From contig NC_047078.1 in the NCBI RefSeq assembly GCF_902459465.1, positions 5,642,001 through 5,706,000 on the forward strand: a stretch of DNA of 64,000 nucleotides, in the 5' to 3' direction. A model generated the notes under the pieces. The model was not told the DNA's origin. It did not search any database and saw only the letters and a list, made by a program, of their open reading frames with translations. The position numbers and the translations under genes were made by a program. Position 1 is the first letter of the stretch; the number at the start of each line of letters is the position of its first letter. The DNA comes from Asterias rubens (taxonomy: Eukaryota). Shown piece after piece: positions 10,201 to 20,200 of this stretch.

Positions 10201-13200
10201 CCACCAGAATCAATTAAATGAAATTAAATAAATGTAGGGGTGTAATGTAGAAGAAGCTGATGCCTGGGGTGCGTTCCACTCGCGCAAACGTTGCCAACAG
10301 TTGCGCACGTTCGCCAACAATTTCAAGTGGAACGAGTTGTTCGCCGCCACCATTGGCGAACGTTGGCAACTTTAGGCGAACATACTTCGGAGGTGTTGGC
10401 GAGTGATTTTTAAAATGGCGGACAAGCATACGGTATTATTTCTTTGTCACAAACATAATTACATTGTATTTTTGGTGGATGATAATGCAGATTTGGAATA
10501 ACAAAGTTAATTAGTTGATGTAATGATGTCAAAAAGAGGACTATTGCAGCAAAAACGAAGTTAAAAAAAAACCTACGTATGGTGCGTGCCATCTTCATTT
10601 CAGGGTGCCGCCATATTGACATCGCGTATACGCACCAATCGTTCAAACGATAAAAAAACGTTTGCGCGAACAGTTGCGAGTCGTTTGCGCGAGTGGAACG
10701 CACCCCTGCTAAGTACTGACCTGTTTCCCTGTATAGTAGAACCATCGTTAATGATATTATCAACTGGGAAACCATGGGCTGTTGCCCAACGCTCATAATA
10801 CTTATATCTAATGCAAAATAAAAACACAAGTAAAGTTTATTTCAATGAAGTTCAGCATAAAAAAAAAAGTAATTTGGGTTGAACAAAGAACAAGTTGAGT
10901 GGGACTTGAACAAGTGACCTTAGGATTAATATCCTGGTGCTGTACCACTGAGTTAACTAGCCCTTTGTTGGCAGTCTCCCAATTGTGTCAATATCTTTGT
11001 TCGGACAGGGGTGGGGGTGCCAGTCAAAAGCTTTACCACCTATAACTGCCAGGGATCATACCAAAGTTTACGATAAAACCTGGAGGTCGCAGGTTTAAGT
11101 CAGGCTCTTTATTAAATTTTCCTTTGATCAATCCGATCAGTTTTCTTTCAGTTTATTACTTTTTTATTAAATTGCAACATTACATTTTGTTTATGGAAAG
11201 GTTTGCGGTAACACCATGTAATGACTATCTCTAATGAGTTGGGGTGGTTCTGAAAAGAACCATTGGTTTCAACTTGACGTTTCGATCAGTAGGCTCTGAT
11301 CGTCTTCTGGAGAAAGCTTTCTGAAAAGAACCGTTGGTTTCAACTCGACGTTTCGATCAGTAGGCTCTGATCGTCTTCTGGAGAAAGCTTTCTGAAAAGA
11401 ACCATTGGTTTCAACTCGACGTTTCGATCAGTAGGCTCTGATCGTCTTCTGGAGAAAGCTTTCTGAAAAGAACCATTGGTTTCAACTCAACGTTTCGATC
11501 AGTAGGCTCTGATCGTCTTCTGGAGAAAGCTTTCTCCAGATTCTCCAGAAGACGATCAGAGCATATACTGAACGAAACGTCCAGTTGGAACCAACGGTTC
11601 TTTTCAGAACCACCCCAACTCATTAGAGATAGTCATTACATGGTGTTACCTCAAACCTTTCCATATCGTATTTCCACCATGCAAAGTTTCAAATCCTACT
11701 TATTACTTTTATTGCCCTTTGATGAGACAATATTGATATTATGAGAAGTTTCCCGAACAATCCCAAAAATCTACTCTGCGGTAATAGATTATAGCAAGAC
11801 AGTTCTCTAAAGAACCTGGCAAGTAGATACACACAAATAGTATTGATATTGTCATTAATGGACAAATATTTGAAGCTTTGCAAAGAACTAAAAGCGCCAC
11901 TTTCACCTCCCTCAAAAAGACCGATCCACTAAGCTCCGCCCCATTGCGTATTGACCAATCACAACGCAACGAAGGTCCGACAAATAAGGTCCGACATGCG
12001 TGCGCGTATCTTGACGCGCGCGGCAGAGTTGTGCAGAAAGACATTGGAGAGCGCCACGTGTTCTTGCTCACACGTGCGTCGTGGGCGGAGCCTACTGGAT
12101 CGATCTATTGCTATTCCAGAAAGGCAAACTCCAGCTCTTTAACTCTACTTACTTGTCTGCATTGGTGACAAGGTAAACATCACTGAAAACTTGCCGCCTG
12201 CAAAAGAAATGGATACAAACCAACCAGTCACAAAACTGAATAGCATGTTATGAATCTTAGAATTTATATTGCTCTTTTTAGGTACACCATAGCTGCAACA
12301 ATTGTAACTGAATGTTTCTGGCCTCCACACATACTCAGTTGCAATCTCCCAAGGAGATAAAAACTTTCAGATGCGATCCCAAGATTGGAAATTTTTTTAC
12401 AGTTGCAATCGTTGCAGCTTTTGGGAGGGCAAACAGGCTTGGTGTCTCAGTTGTAATAAGACCTATATCTCAACCCAGCAATCCCATGTAATACTAGATC
12501 ATCAGATCATCCCAGGTAGGATACAGTCATTCTCAAACTCATTTTTCCCAAGAACTGTCATCCGGTGGAACTCACTCTCCGGCAACATCATCACCTCTCC
12601 TTCAGTTGAGGTATTCAGGGGAGTGGTAGCAGCAATGAGTTTTTGTTTACTTGCACCTTGTACAAACGCACCCCTGCATCGCTCATGGACAAGTAGTCCC
12701 TCGGCTTTACATCCTGTCTTATGGACCCTTCCGAGTATTCAAGTAGAAGTAGAAGTAGAAGTAAGTGCAAGACTCTTAAACTATTGGAGTACCACAAACT
12801 ACACCTTAACTTACTCCTAGAACTATGAGGTTCATTCCTCAATCGTCTCCACGTTCATGGAGATAGCAGAACAAACTTAATTATTCTAGAAATAGTAACT
12901 TACGTGTTGATGGCATCCCACCAGAAGTCTAAGATCTTCTTTCCTCCGATTCCTGGCAACAATGACTTTGGAACTCCTTCCAGACTGGAATAATGTCCAA
13001 AGGCATTGTTCTGTCAAACGAAAAATTGTATAAAAAAAATGATGTTTACAGGGAAGGTTCACGTTCGTAATCACACTTGAAATGAATGGCAATAAAAAAC
13101 TGACTTGGTTATAGAAAAGCTTTGGAAAAGTTTCCGTATGGCGCCACCACTTTTTCATTTGAAATAAAATAATATAGTATCTAATTTACCTGATTGATAT

Positions 13201-13950
13201 ATCCCTTTTTGTAAAAATGAGTGAAAAAGTGGTGGCGCCATACGGAAAGTTATCCAAAGCTTTCGATAGTTTAAAAGCATTTTGAGAATCACTTCTCTTT
13301 CAAGTAATGTGGTTATGAAAAAATATATCAGTTTTTAATTTTACCCCCCCCCCCAAAATTTGAGTCTGAGAATTGCTTTTGTGGCTGAGTGTTGTGAGCG
13401 GTGTGAGGGGTGTGAGGGGGCAACTTGCTAGGGGGGGGGGGGACCTTGTAGTGGGCGACTGCTGGGCTGGGGGGGAGGGGGGCCGAGTTGACTGGTTTCC
13501 TATCAAATAAGGTAATGCCACAATGTAGTAAATAATTATAAAATTTGCTTCCTACCTGCAATATATAGTATATATGCGATATTGTTTTAATGTTTTCTCA
13601 AAAAGTAAAAAGCATTTCATTGAATAATATTTCAAGAGAAGTCTTTCACCGAAAGTGTTATGGCTTTAATATTATAAAAAAAAATAATAATATTAATCAA
13701 TATATGGATCATATGGAGGTAGAAATACTCGTAGTCAACCATCCATTGGATCCAGACCTTGAGAGTACACATGCTAGAAGTGAAGGAAAATTAATTCATA
13801 TAACAATTTATTAATCAAATCAATTTATTAATAATCAAATTTAAATAAATAAGACTCAGATAAAATAAATAAAAGAAATTAAAAACAAAACACCTTTATT
13901 TCATTTTCCAGAACACGCCCATGTCCAGCCACCAGGATTACACAAATCAT
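162..13950 (-). CDS. gkup: Glucuronokinase with N-terminal putative nucleotidyltransferase/uridyl pyrophosphorylase domain (GHMP kinase fusion); 16 exons in window, 3' end beyond left edge
   Basis: Exons (minus): 13950-13894, 13010-12904, 12197-12153, 10807-10721, 9045-8979, 8061-7990, 7049-6961, 6524-6368, 5780-5608, 4616-4511, 4145-3997, 2993-2933, 2116-2042, 1394-1302, 887-713, 219-162. All GT-AG, phases consistent, 1571 nt open. Peptides MICVILVAGHG, GVPKSLLPGIGGKKILDFWW, YERWATAHGFP, VAGDML, RFIEKP (NTP-transferase-like); GNPSDGFHGKTIS, YDTNIPRQVGLAGSSAIV (GHMP ATP motif), AGLQDRVIQVYEGLVFM, NPSDSGKIHS match plant glucuronokinase and fish gkup as I recall them. Confidence 0.93.
1075..1230 (-). 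mobile_element. 3' fragment of an RTE-type LINE nested in a TTAA MITE
   Basis: GRPRKTW-like remnant with (ATG)n tail; AGTAAG duplicated at 1069-1074 and 1232-1237; host MITE sequence resumes on both sides. Confidence 0.7.
1447..1732. repeat. Minisatellite, 13 x 22 bp (AAACAAGAGTTGTTTACAATGT), in a gkup intron
   Basis: Period of 22 counted directly; the unit contains the palindrome TGTAAACAA-GAG-TTGTTTACA. Confidence 0.95.
2492..2925 (-). repeat. Two tandem ~258-bp repeat units, each with a tRNA-like cloverleaf (2566-2638 and 2825-2897)
   Basis: A box TAGTCTAGTTGG, B box GGTTCGAATCC, intact D and T stems, AGA at the anticodon position, broken acceptor stem ends. Related pieces at 24336-24505, about 30190 and about 33990. 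Confidence 0.75.
3637..3941. mobile_element. TTAA-flanked Kolobok-like MITE family A (internally deleted copy)
   Basis: TTAA-AGACACTGGACACTAT ... TGTCCATGCCT-TTAA. AG termini with a TTAA duplication fit Kolobok rather than piggyBac. Confidence 0.8.
4182..4270. repeat. (TCAA)n microsatellite
   Basis: Read directly. Confidence 0.95.
4800..4982 (+). mobile_element. tRNA-derived SINE family; other copies at about 3540-3636, 5985-6300, 9600-9796 and 16610-16730
   Basis: B-box GGTTCGATTCC head and shared body GGTTTTCCTC..CTAAAACT..GGCTAGTGCAGTGATTAA. Confidence 0.7.
4983..5333. mobile_element. Kolobok-like MITE family B
   Basis: TIR AGGAACACGTTGCCTTGGATC..CGAGTTGGTC with TTAA flanks. Confidence 0.85.
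7624..7887 (+). mobile_element. L2-clade LINE 3' fragment
   Basis: IPRTRLVSYGDRAYSNIAPRLWNSLPDYLRQ..FQQKLKTHLF followed by a (TTA)n tail. Confidence 0.85.
8092..8461. mobile_element. Kolobok-like MITE family A
   Basis: TTAA at both ends; family body shared with many copies in the window. Confidence 0.8.
9797..10171. mobile_element. Kolobok-like MITE family A variant
   Basis: TIR AGGGAAGGTACACGTTTGGTAATT / AATTACCAAACGTGAACCTTCCCT with TTAA flanks; similar copies at about 53655-54026 and 56925-57290. Confidence 0.8.
10267..10705. mobile_element. PHIS/Harbinger-group MITE with CTG target duplication
   Basis: 24-bp TIR GGGTGCGTTCCACTCGCGCAAACG; CTG on both sides. Confidence 0.8.
11192..11665. 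ncRNA. Palindromic element: four tandem 71-bp minimal hammerhead-ribozyme-like units (minus strand, 11248-11531) plus one inverted unit; Penelope-like/retrozyme-type repeat
   Basis: Minus-strand unit reads CUC-CAGAAGA-C-GAUCAG-AGCCUA-CUGAUC-GAAA-CGUC/GAG. About 56-bp unique inverted arms flanked by TA. Core U4 is replaced by A. Confidence 0.6.
12480..12765 (+). mobile_element. CR1-clade LINE 3' fragment
   Basis: SFSNSFFPRTVIRWNSLSGNIITSPSVEVF followed by an (AGTAGA)n tail. Confidence 0.75.
13115..13264. mobile_element. Short MITE with about 42-bp TIRs in gkup intron 1
   Basis: AAAGCTTTGGAAAAGTTTCCGTATGGCGCCACCACTTTTTCA and its inverse. Confidence 0.65.
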
Positions 13951-14247
13951 GATCCCTAGTTGTCCCTTCTCTCCAAACCAAAGTTGAACTTTTGTTAAAA
14001 ACAAATCACAAAACAAAAGCAGTGGGCCGCCGTGCCTCCCCTCCCCCACATACACACCACATGCATTGAACAGTGGTGTGTACGACTACGAGAGATAAAC
14101 ATTAGTGACCTTTGACCTTAAAAGGTGAACAAACTTTCCGACCAACAGTAGACTGGCAACCAGAACCCCCACTAACCCCAAACTACGTGTGTTTTTGCGC
14201 GTACACAACGTAGGACCCGACCATTAGGAAATTATATATCAAGCAAT
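13951..14247. promoter_or_regulatory. Bidirectional promoter region between gkup and SDHD, with a perfect DR1 nuclear-receptor element at 14106-14118
   Basis: Divergent ATGs at 13950 (-) and 14248 (+); TGACCTTTGACCT; YY1-like ATGGCGG at the SDHD start. Function inferred. Confidence 0.7.
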
Positions 14248-17200
14248 ATGGCGGCTCTACGGATCCTTCGGTCGCGAGGTGAGCTTACAATTTACTGTTT
14301 TTGACAGAATAATGTGCGATATAATAGCTTTTTACTGGTCAATTAGTTTCTTGGAAACATCCAATGTGATTTTCATTGTGTTTGTTTTGTAAGACTATAA
14401 CTGATAGAGACTTACAACAAGTTAAAGTTGTGTGTGTTTTGGAATGACGGATGATGAATCATTTTTTAGTAACGAAGTCGTATGCGTCTTGGTTGTTGCG
14501 CCCATTTTTCGGACGGCTTGCTGATTTTTATTTTGACTTCCACAATTTGGATGGAAGTTCCATCCAAATTGTTTTCTGAAATGTTTGTGATTTACCAAAC
14601 ATGTAACTTGGGGAAAGGTGTAGGTGTCATGTCCTAACGCCACCTTTTTGTATTTGTTATTAAAATAAAGATAGGGGGGCCTAGCCAATTAATTAAATTT
14701 AAATTATTAAAATTAAAATAAAAATATTATATTTTTTTGTAATAAAAGAAAAGTTATTTCTAGTTCAAATTTGGCATTATGAAAGTAAAACAAATTAACA
14801 ACTTTTGTTTTGTGTGAACAACAAAATTAAAATGGGTAGTCAACAAAGGGAAGCGACAGTCATAATTTGGATTTTTTGTTTCCAATATTTTTTGTAAATT
14901 TTAAACAACATCTGATCAGATTAATTTTGACATAGCTGGATAGGTTTCTTGGAGACAATCAATTTGACATGTGACACCTCATTTGTTGGGGTTCGTGTCA
15001 TACAAACCCAAGAATGATACGCCAGGTCAAAGTTCAAAAATGTTGTCATTGTTTTCATTAATAACAAAAAGTGTGATTTTTTTTACTGTAATTATGTAGC
15101 ATACAAATGCATGTGAATTTATAAAAATAAAAAATACTAATAATAATTAAATTTGTTTGATTGATTTTTTAATTAATTTTTGTAACAATTGTGTTTTTTT
15201 GTTATAATCTTTAATGAATTGTACAAAACTAAGTCAAATATTGTTCAAGCATAACGTGCTGGCCAATCACTATATCAACTGCGCGCATAGCGTGTAGGCC
15301 TGGGCGAATTATTCAAATATCTGGTTAATGGCAAGTAGGTTTTCCTATCCATAACCGCGAATGCCTTTTTTTTCTTAACCGGATATCCGCATAGGGTGCG
15401 AATACCTATTTATAAACCGGATAGTTCTGTAATTACAACCAAGTAACCGGATATTCTTTAATATCCGAATATCCGCGGACGTCGGGCGACAACTGATATG
15501 AATGTTTTGTCTGAATCCTTATGAAACTTCTATGAAGACAGCATAAAACAGCATAAATAAGGTATTTAACTATGCTCACCTCCGTGAAGAGTTAAAACAA
15601 TGACATTTCCGACGTATTTTGTTCAAAGATTACAAAAGTTTTCCTTCACGTAGAGTCAATCACGATCAAAAGAAAAAGCAAATCGCCATCTTTAAATTAG
15701 ATCCAGTCATTTTTATGAATGAACCGAGTGTCACTGTCTAAAACTAATATCAATCCGCCCATAAGATCTCATTCACATTTTTTTAATAGCGCCCTCTAGC
15801 GGCGAAAAAAACTATTCGAATATCCGGTTAATTTCGTGTGTGAAAAGTAGCTTTGAATAACTCACCATTTGATAATGTTAACCTTGTCCAAATCCAACAA
15901 GGATTCAGTTTTCCAGAAGAGTAGAGACTAATAATTCCACACCAAAAAATATATCTGGGAAAATTAAATTTACTTTTGCGTTTTCAGGACCAGACATTGA
16001 CGCGTCTAAATTGCTTAACGTCCATTTTGTCCACTGCCACAAGAAGTTTATTCTCAAGAATACTGGAGGATGCTCTTTCTTTCGAGATAATGCGAGAAAT
16101 CGTACATTATGTAGAATGTTGTCAGCTTTCCAATGGTACCGTTCTGAAATAATTCACATGAATAAAAATGTAATTTTTGCCAAACTTTTCGAACACATGA
16201 AATACAGACATATTATGTAGATTTTTCTCCTGAAAATGTTTTGAAATGACATATTTATTGGTCATTACAGTTCTTTGACAGAAAATTATTTTAAAGCCTG
16301 ACCTGGGTGTCGATGTACTTTTTTTTTGTATTATGAACTATCGCCAACAGTCGCAAAGCAAATTTATAGAGAATTTATGTCAAATTTATTATGCTTTTAT
16401 TAATAAATCAGGAGCAGTTTTCACACCCTTTTAATCAGTAAGAAATTGACAGGCTCAAAACATCCTTCTGCCACATTTAAATGAGCATAACTTCCCCATT
16501 CTATAAGCTATTGAAATGAAATAAACACCATTGGATTGCTTTTGCTATCCTCTTTCCAATAGTATAAAACTTGTTTGGGTTTTGTGACAAAAATGCAAAA
16601 AGTGCCAGACTCCCTACTTTCTTCCACCTCTCTAAGACCTTGGTTTTAATCCATCCGGGGCACTTGGGGTTTCCTCCTAAAACTAAAAATTCCTTCCTTG
16701 TCTTCTCTCCATTGGGTAGTACCAGTGACCAAGTTTGCTTTTTTGAGAGACCTTGACTTCCCCTAACCAGATTATATCAAACAAATGAAAGATAAGAAAC
16801 CTTCCACACTAAGGGCAGGAATGTCAATCATTCCTAGATAGTGTTTCCTGCTAACAAAAACATCCTCAAGAAAAAGGAAGGTCACATTTTATTATAACTG
16901 ATTTGGCTTTGTTCTAAACTGTTAGGGAAATTTAAAAACGTTTTTTTTACAATCTAGTTAATAGTCACGAGGCCTGACACTTCATGGAGGCATCGAAGGA
17001 GATTACCCTCTCCAGTAGATATGTAAAATATCCTCATAGTCAAAGAGTCCTAAAGTGCCTTCGTGCCCTTGCTCTTTCTACGATAGTCTATTATTTTAAA
17101 AAGTTTTTTTTTATTTCATATATTTCATTGTTATACTACATGTACATGTATCTATAGCCATGGTATGCTCAGTTGCCCGTGTCATATGCACCCGGAACTA

Positions 17201-20200
17201 TGACCCCTGGGCCCTTCACAAGGATGCCCTGTCAATGGCATGTGACGGGATACTGGGGTACTCTCCCCCAATCTCCCTAGTGTCGAGAGTGCTGGCAATG
17301 ATAGAGCGCAAAAACTGCAAGATTCTGCTCATTGTGCTCTTTTGGCCCCGCCAATCCTGGTTCACCAGGGATGTCAGACTTCTCGTCAGGCCTTGAATAC
17401 TCTCTTTACAGGCACACCAGTTTTCCTCTGCAAGGGGCACTTCTGCTTAGGGTATTTTAAGTTTGTATCATCGGAATCAAGCGGAGTGCACCACAGCATG
17501 GGGCACCACATCATCTTAGATTTTAGATGAAGTTATTGACTAATTGCTTGCCATTTTTTATTTCCTTACTCTGTTATAGCTTTCCTCGTTGGCCCACAAA
17601 TGATGACTCGCTCCTTTTTGAAGACGGACAATGCAAGAACACCATACGCAATCACAGAGCTGCACACCACAGAACAGAACCACACAACAGGAGGTTAGAC
17701 TAACAAAATATTCTGCCATTATGGAGTTCAGTATTAAGTAAGCTTGGGCGATATCACGATATTATCGAATATCGCGATATTAATTTGGAAACGATTTCGA
17801 TATCGGATGGATTTGGTTTTAATCGAAATATCGATAATCGCGATATCGATTAAATATCGTGATGTACCCCATAGGTTTGGAGTAAAACCAGAAAAATAGA
17901 TCATTAGAACACCTCTCTTATGCCATGACTGTCTCTTCTACAACTTTCACTTGGAGTTTGAAGACTGATGATGTCAAATTTAATTAATCGCGATTATATC
18001 GAATATCGCGATATATTGTCGGCGATATATCATGAATAAAATAAATCGATATCACCCAAGCTTAGTATTAAATTTCAGGGCAGCGGAGGGGCTGGGGCCA
18101 ACTGCAAAATGTGTCAATCACTTCTGCTGTTTTTTTTTTTTTTTAATTACCCTTAAAGACACTGGACCATATTGGTAATTGTCAAAGACCAGTCTTCGCA
18201 CTTGCTGTATCTCAACATATGCATGAAATAAACCTGTGAAAATTTGAGCTCAATCGGTCATCGAAGTTGCGAGATAATAATGAAAGAAAAAACAACCTTG
18301 TAACACGAAGTTGTGTGCTTTCTGATGCTTGATTTCGAGACCTCAAATTCTAAATCTGAGGTCTCAAAATCAAATTCGTGGAAAATCACTTCTTTCTCAG
18401 CAACGTTACTTCAGAGGGAGCCGTTTCTCATAATGTTTTATACTATCAACCTCTCCCCATTACTCGTTACCAAGTAAGGTTTATGCTAATAATTATTTTG
18501 AGTAATTACAAATAGCCTTTAAACATCACTCTTTCACAGTGATTTCTGGGTTGTTTAACTCAGGTTGACAAGTAGTGTGGGATGGCAGATTAGTCTATAT
18601 GGACCCATTATAATGTGCGCATAAATTCTACTGTGTGCACAAAAAAATTAATCTTTTGAGTTTGAATACATGTAATCTTCATGTGTGGACATTTTCAGAA
18701 TGCTATAATCTTTAGTGTGTGGGTCCAGGGAACATCTATTCATCTGTTGAGACCATTAGAGAATGTGCCCCACAATTACAGTTATTTACCTGTAACACAA
18801 TCTGCCTTCTGATTACGCCCAGTGGGCTGCTCGGAGGGTTAAACACAATACTTGTTACTGGGGAAGTTAGGAAATCGGCTGGGACTACTACTTTCGCTGA
18901 TAGGATCCAGTTGGCTGCTCGGAGGGTGGGCTGCTCGGAGGGTTAAACACAATACTTGTTACTGTAGAAGGTAGGAAATCGGCTGGGACTACTACTTTCG
19001 CTGATAGGATCCAGTTGGCTGCTCGGAGGGTGGGCTGCTCGGAGGGTTAAACACCATACTTGTTACTGCGGAAGGTAGGAAATCGGCTGGGACTACTACT
19101 TTCGCTGATAGGATCGAGGGGACTTTTACTTTTAACTACCGCGGAGTGAGTTCTTAATTTGTCTCATGAATTGGTCGTAATAATTTGTTTCCTTACTGTT
19201 TCAGGTCAGTCAACGGGTATGATGGCATCAACTCATTGGAATGTTGAGCATGCAGTAACCCTGGCCCTAACAGCAGCTATCCCTACTGCGTTCATTACCC
19301 AACATCCTCTTGTTGACTACGTCCTGGCTGGATGCATGACTCTTCATGGACATTGGTCAGTTTCATTCAATTGTCTCAATTTGCTTATTTCACTTCTATG
19401 GTGGTTGGGCACCATACCAAATCAATTATTGTGTTTGTAACTTTGTCCAGTTGGGCATGAACCTTGCGCATCCATGCAACACCGAGGGAAAAATGTGGTG
19501 TTTAAAGGCGGTGGACACTATTGGTAATGAATCAAAATAATTATTATCATAAAACCTTTCTCGACTATGAGTAATGGGGAGAGGTTGATAGTATAATACA
19601 TTGTGAGAAACGGCTCCCTCTTAGGCGCCTTGTCAAAACCTCCCAAGCGTTCCTCCGCTGACAGTCCGCGGACTGGACAGCAAATATCGCTGTTGCTAAG
19701 GACCTCAGACAGTCGGCGGAAGAACGGCCATGTGCGTTGAAGCGCAGCAAAGTTAATGAGCTATCCATGCCGGGCGCTATTGTTAGTATAACAATAAGTC
19801 TCATGAATAAACAGGTTGTGTTTTCAGGTCATGAATATCAGCGGCTTGGACGCGGAACGGCCGTTCTTGCCCAGAACAATACATTTTCAACTCATGAATA
19901 CCATCGTTCTGGAAGTGGACAGGCCGCACCACTAGATAATTACACCATAAATGTTGGATACGCCTGCCAACTGTGCTGCACCTAAATGTATCCCGAGCCC
20001 TAAATGTAGCCTCCATTTTAGGTGCCGCACAGCCGACCCCCAGCGCATAAGATAATCGCGCACTTCATAAACCAGGGAACGATTTCGCCTGTATCGAATC
20101 GCAATTTGCGATGCAATTTGGATGATCTGATTTGCAACTCTAAAAAGTGCATCGCAAATGTTGCGATCCAACTTGCGATGCATATTTTTTGCAACATTTA

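Noticed and set aside
11248-11531. CRISPR-like array
   Set aside because: Units are contiguous near-identical 71-mers with no unique spacers, there are no cas genes, and the context is a eukaryotic intron.
13590-13814. 74-aa plus-strand ORF antisense to gkup intron 1
   Set aside because: Its 5' half is a MITE family C fragment and there is no recognisable homology.
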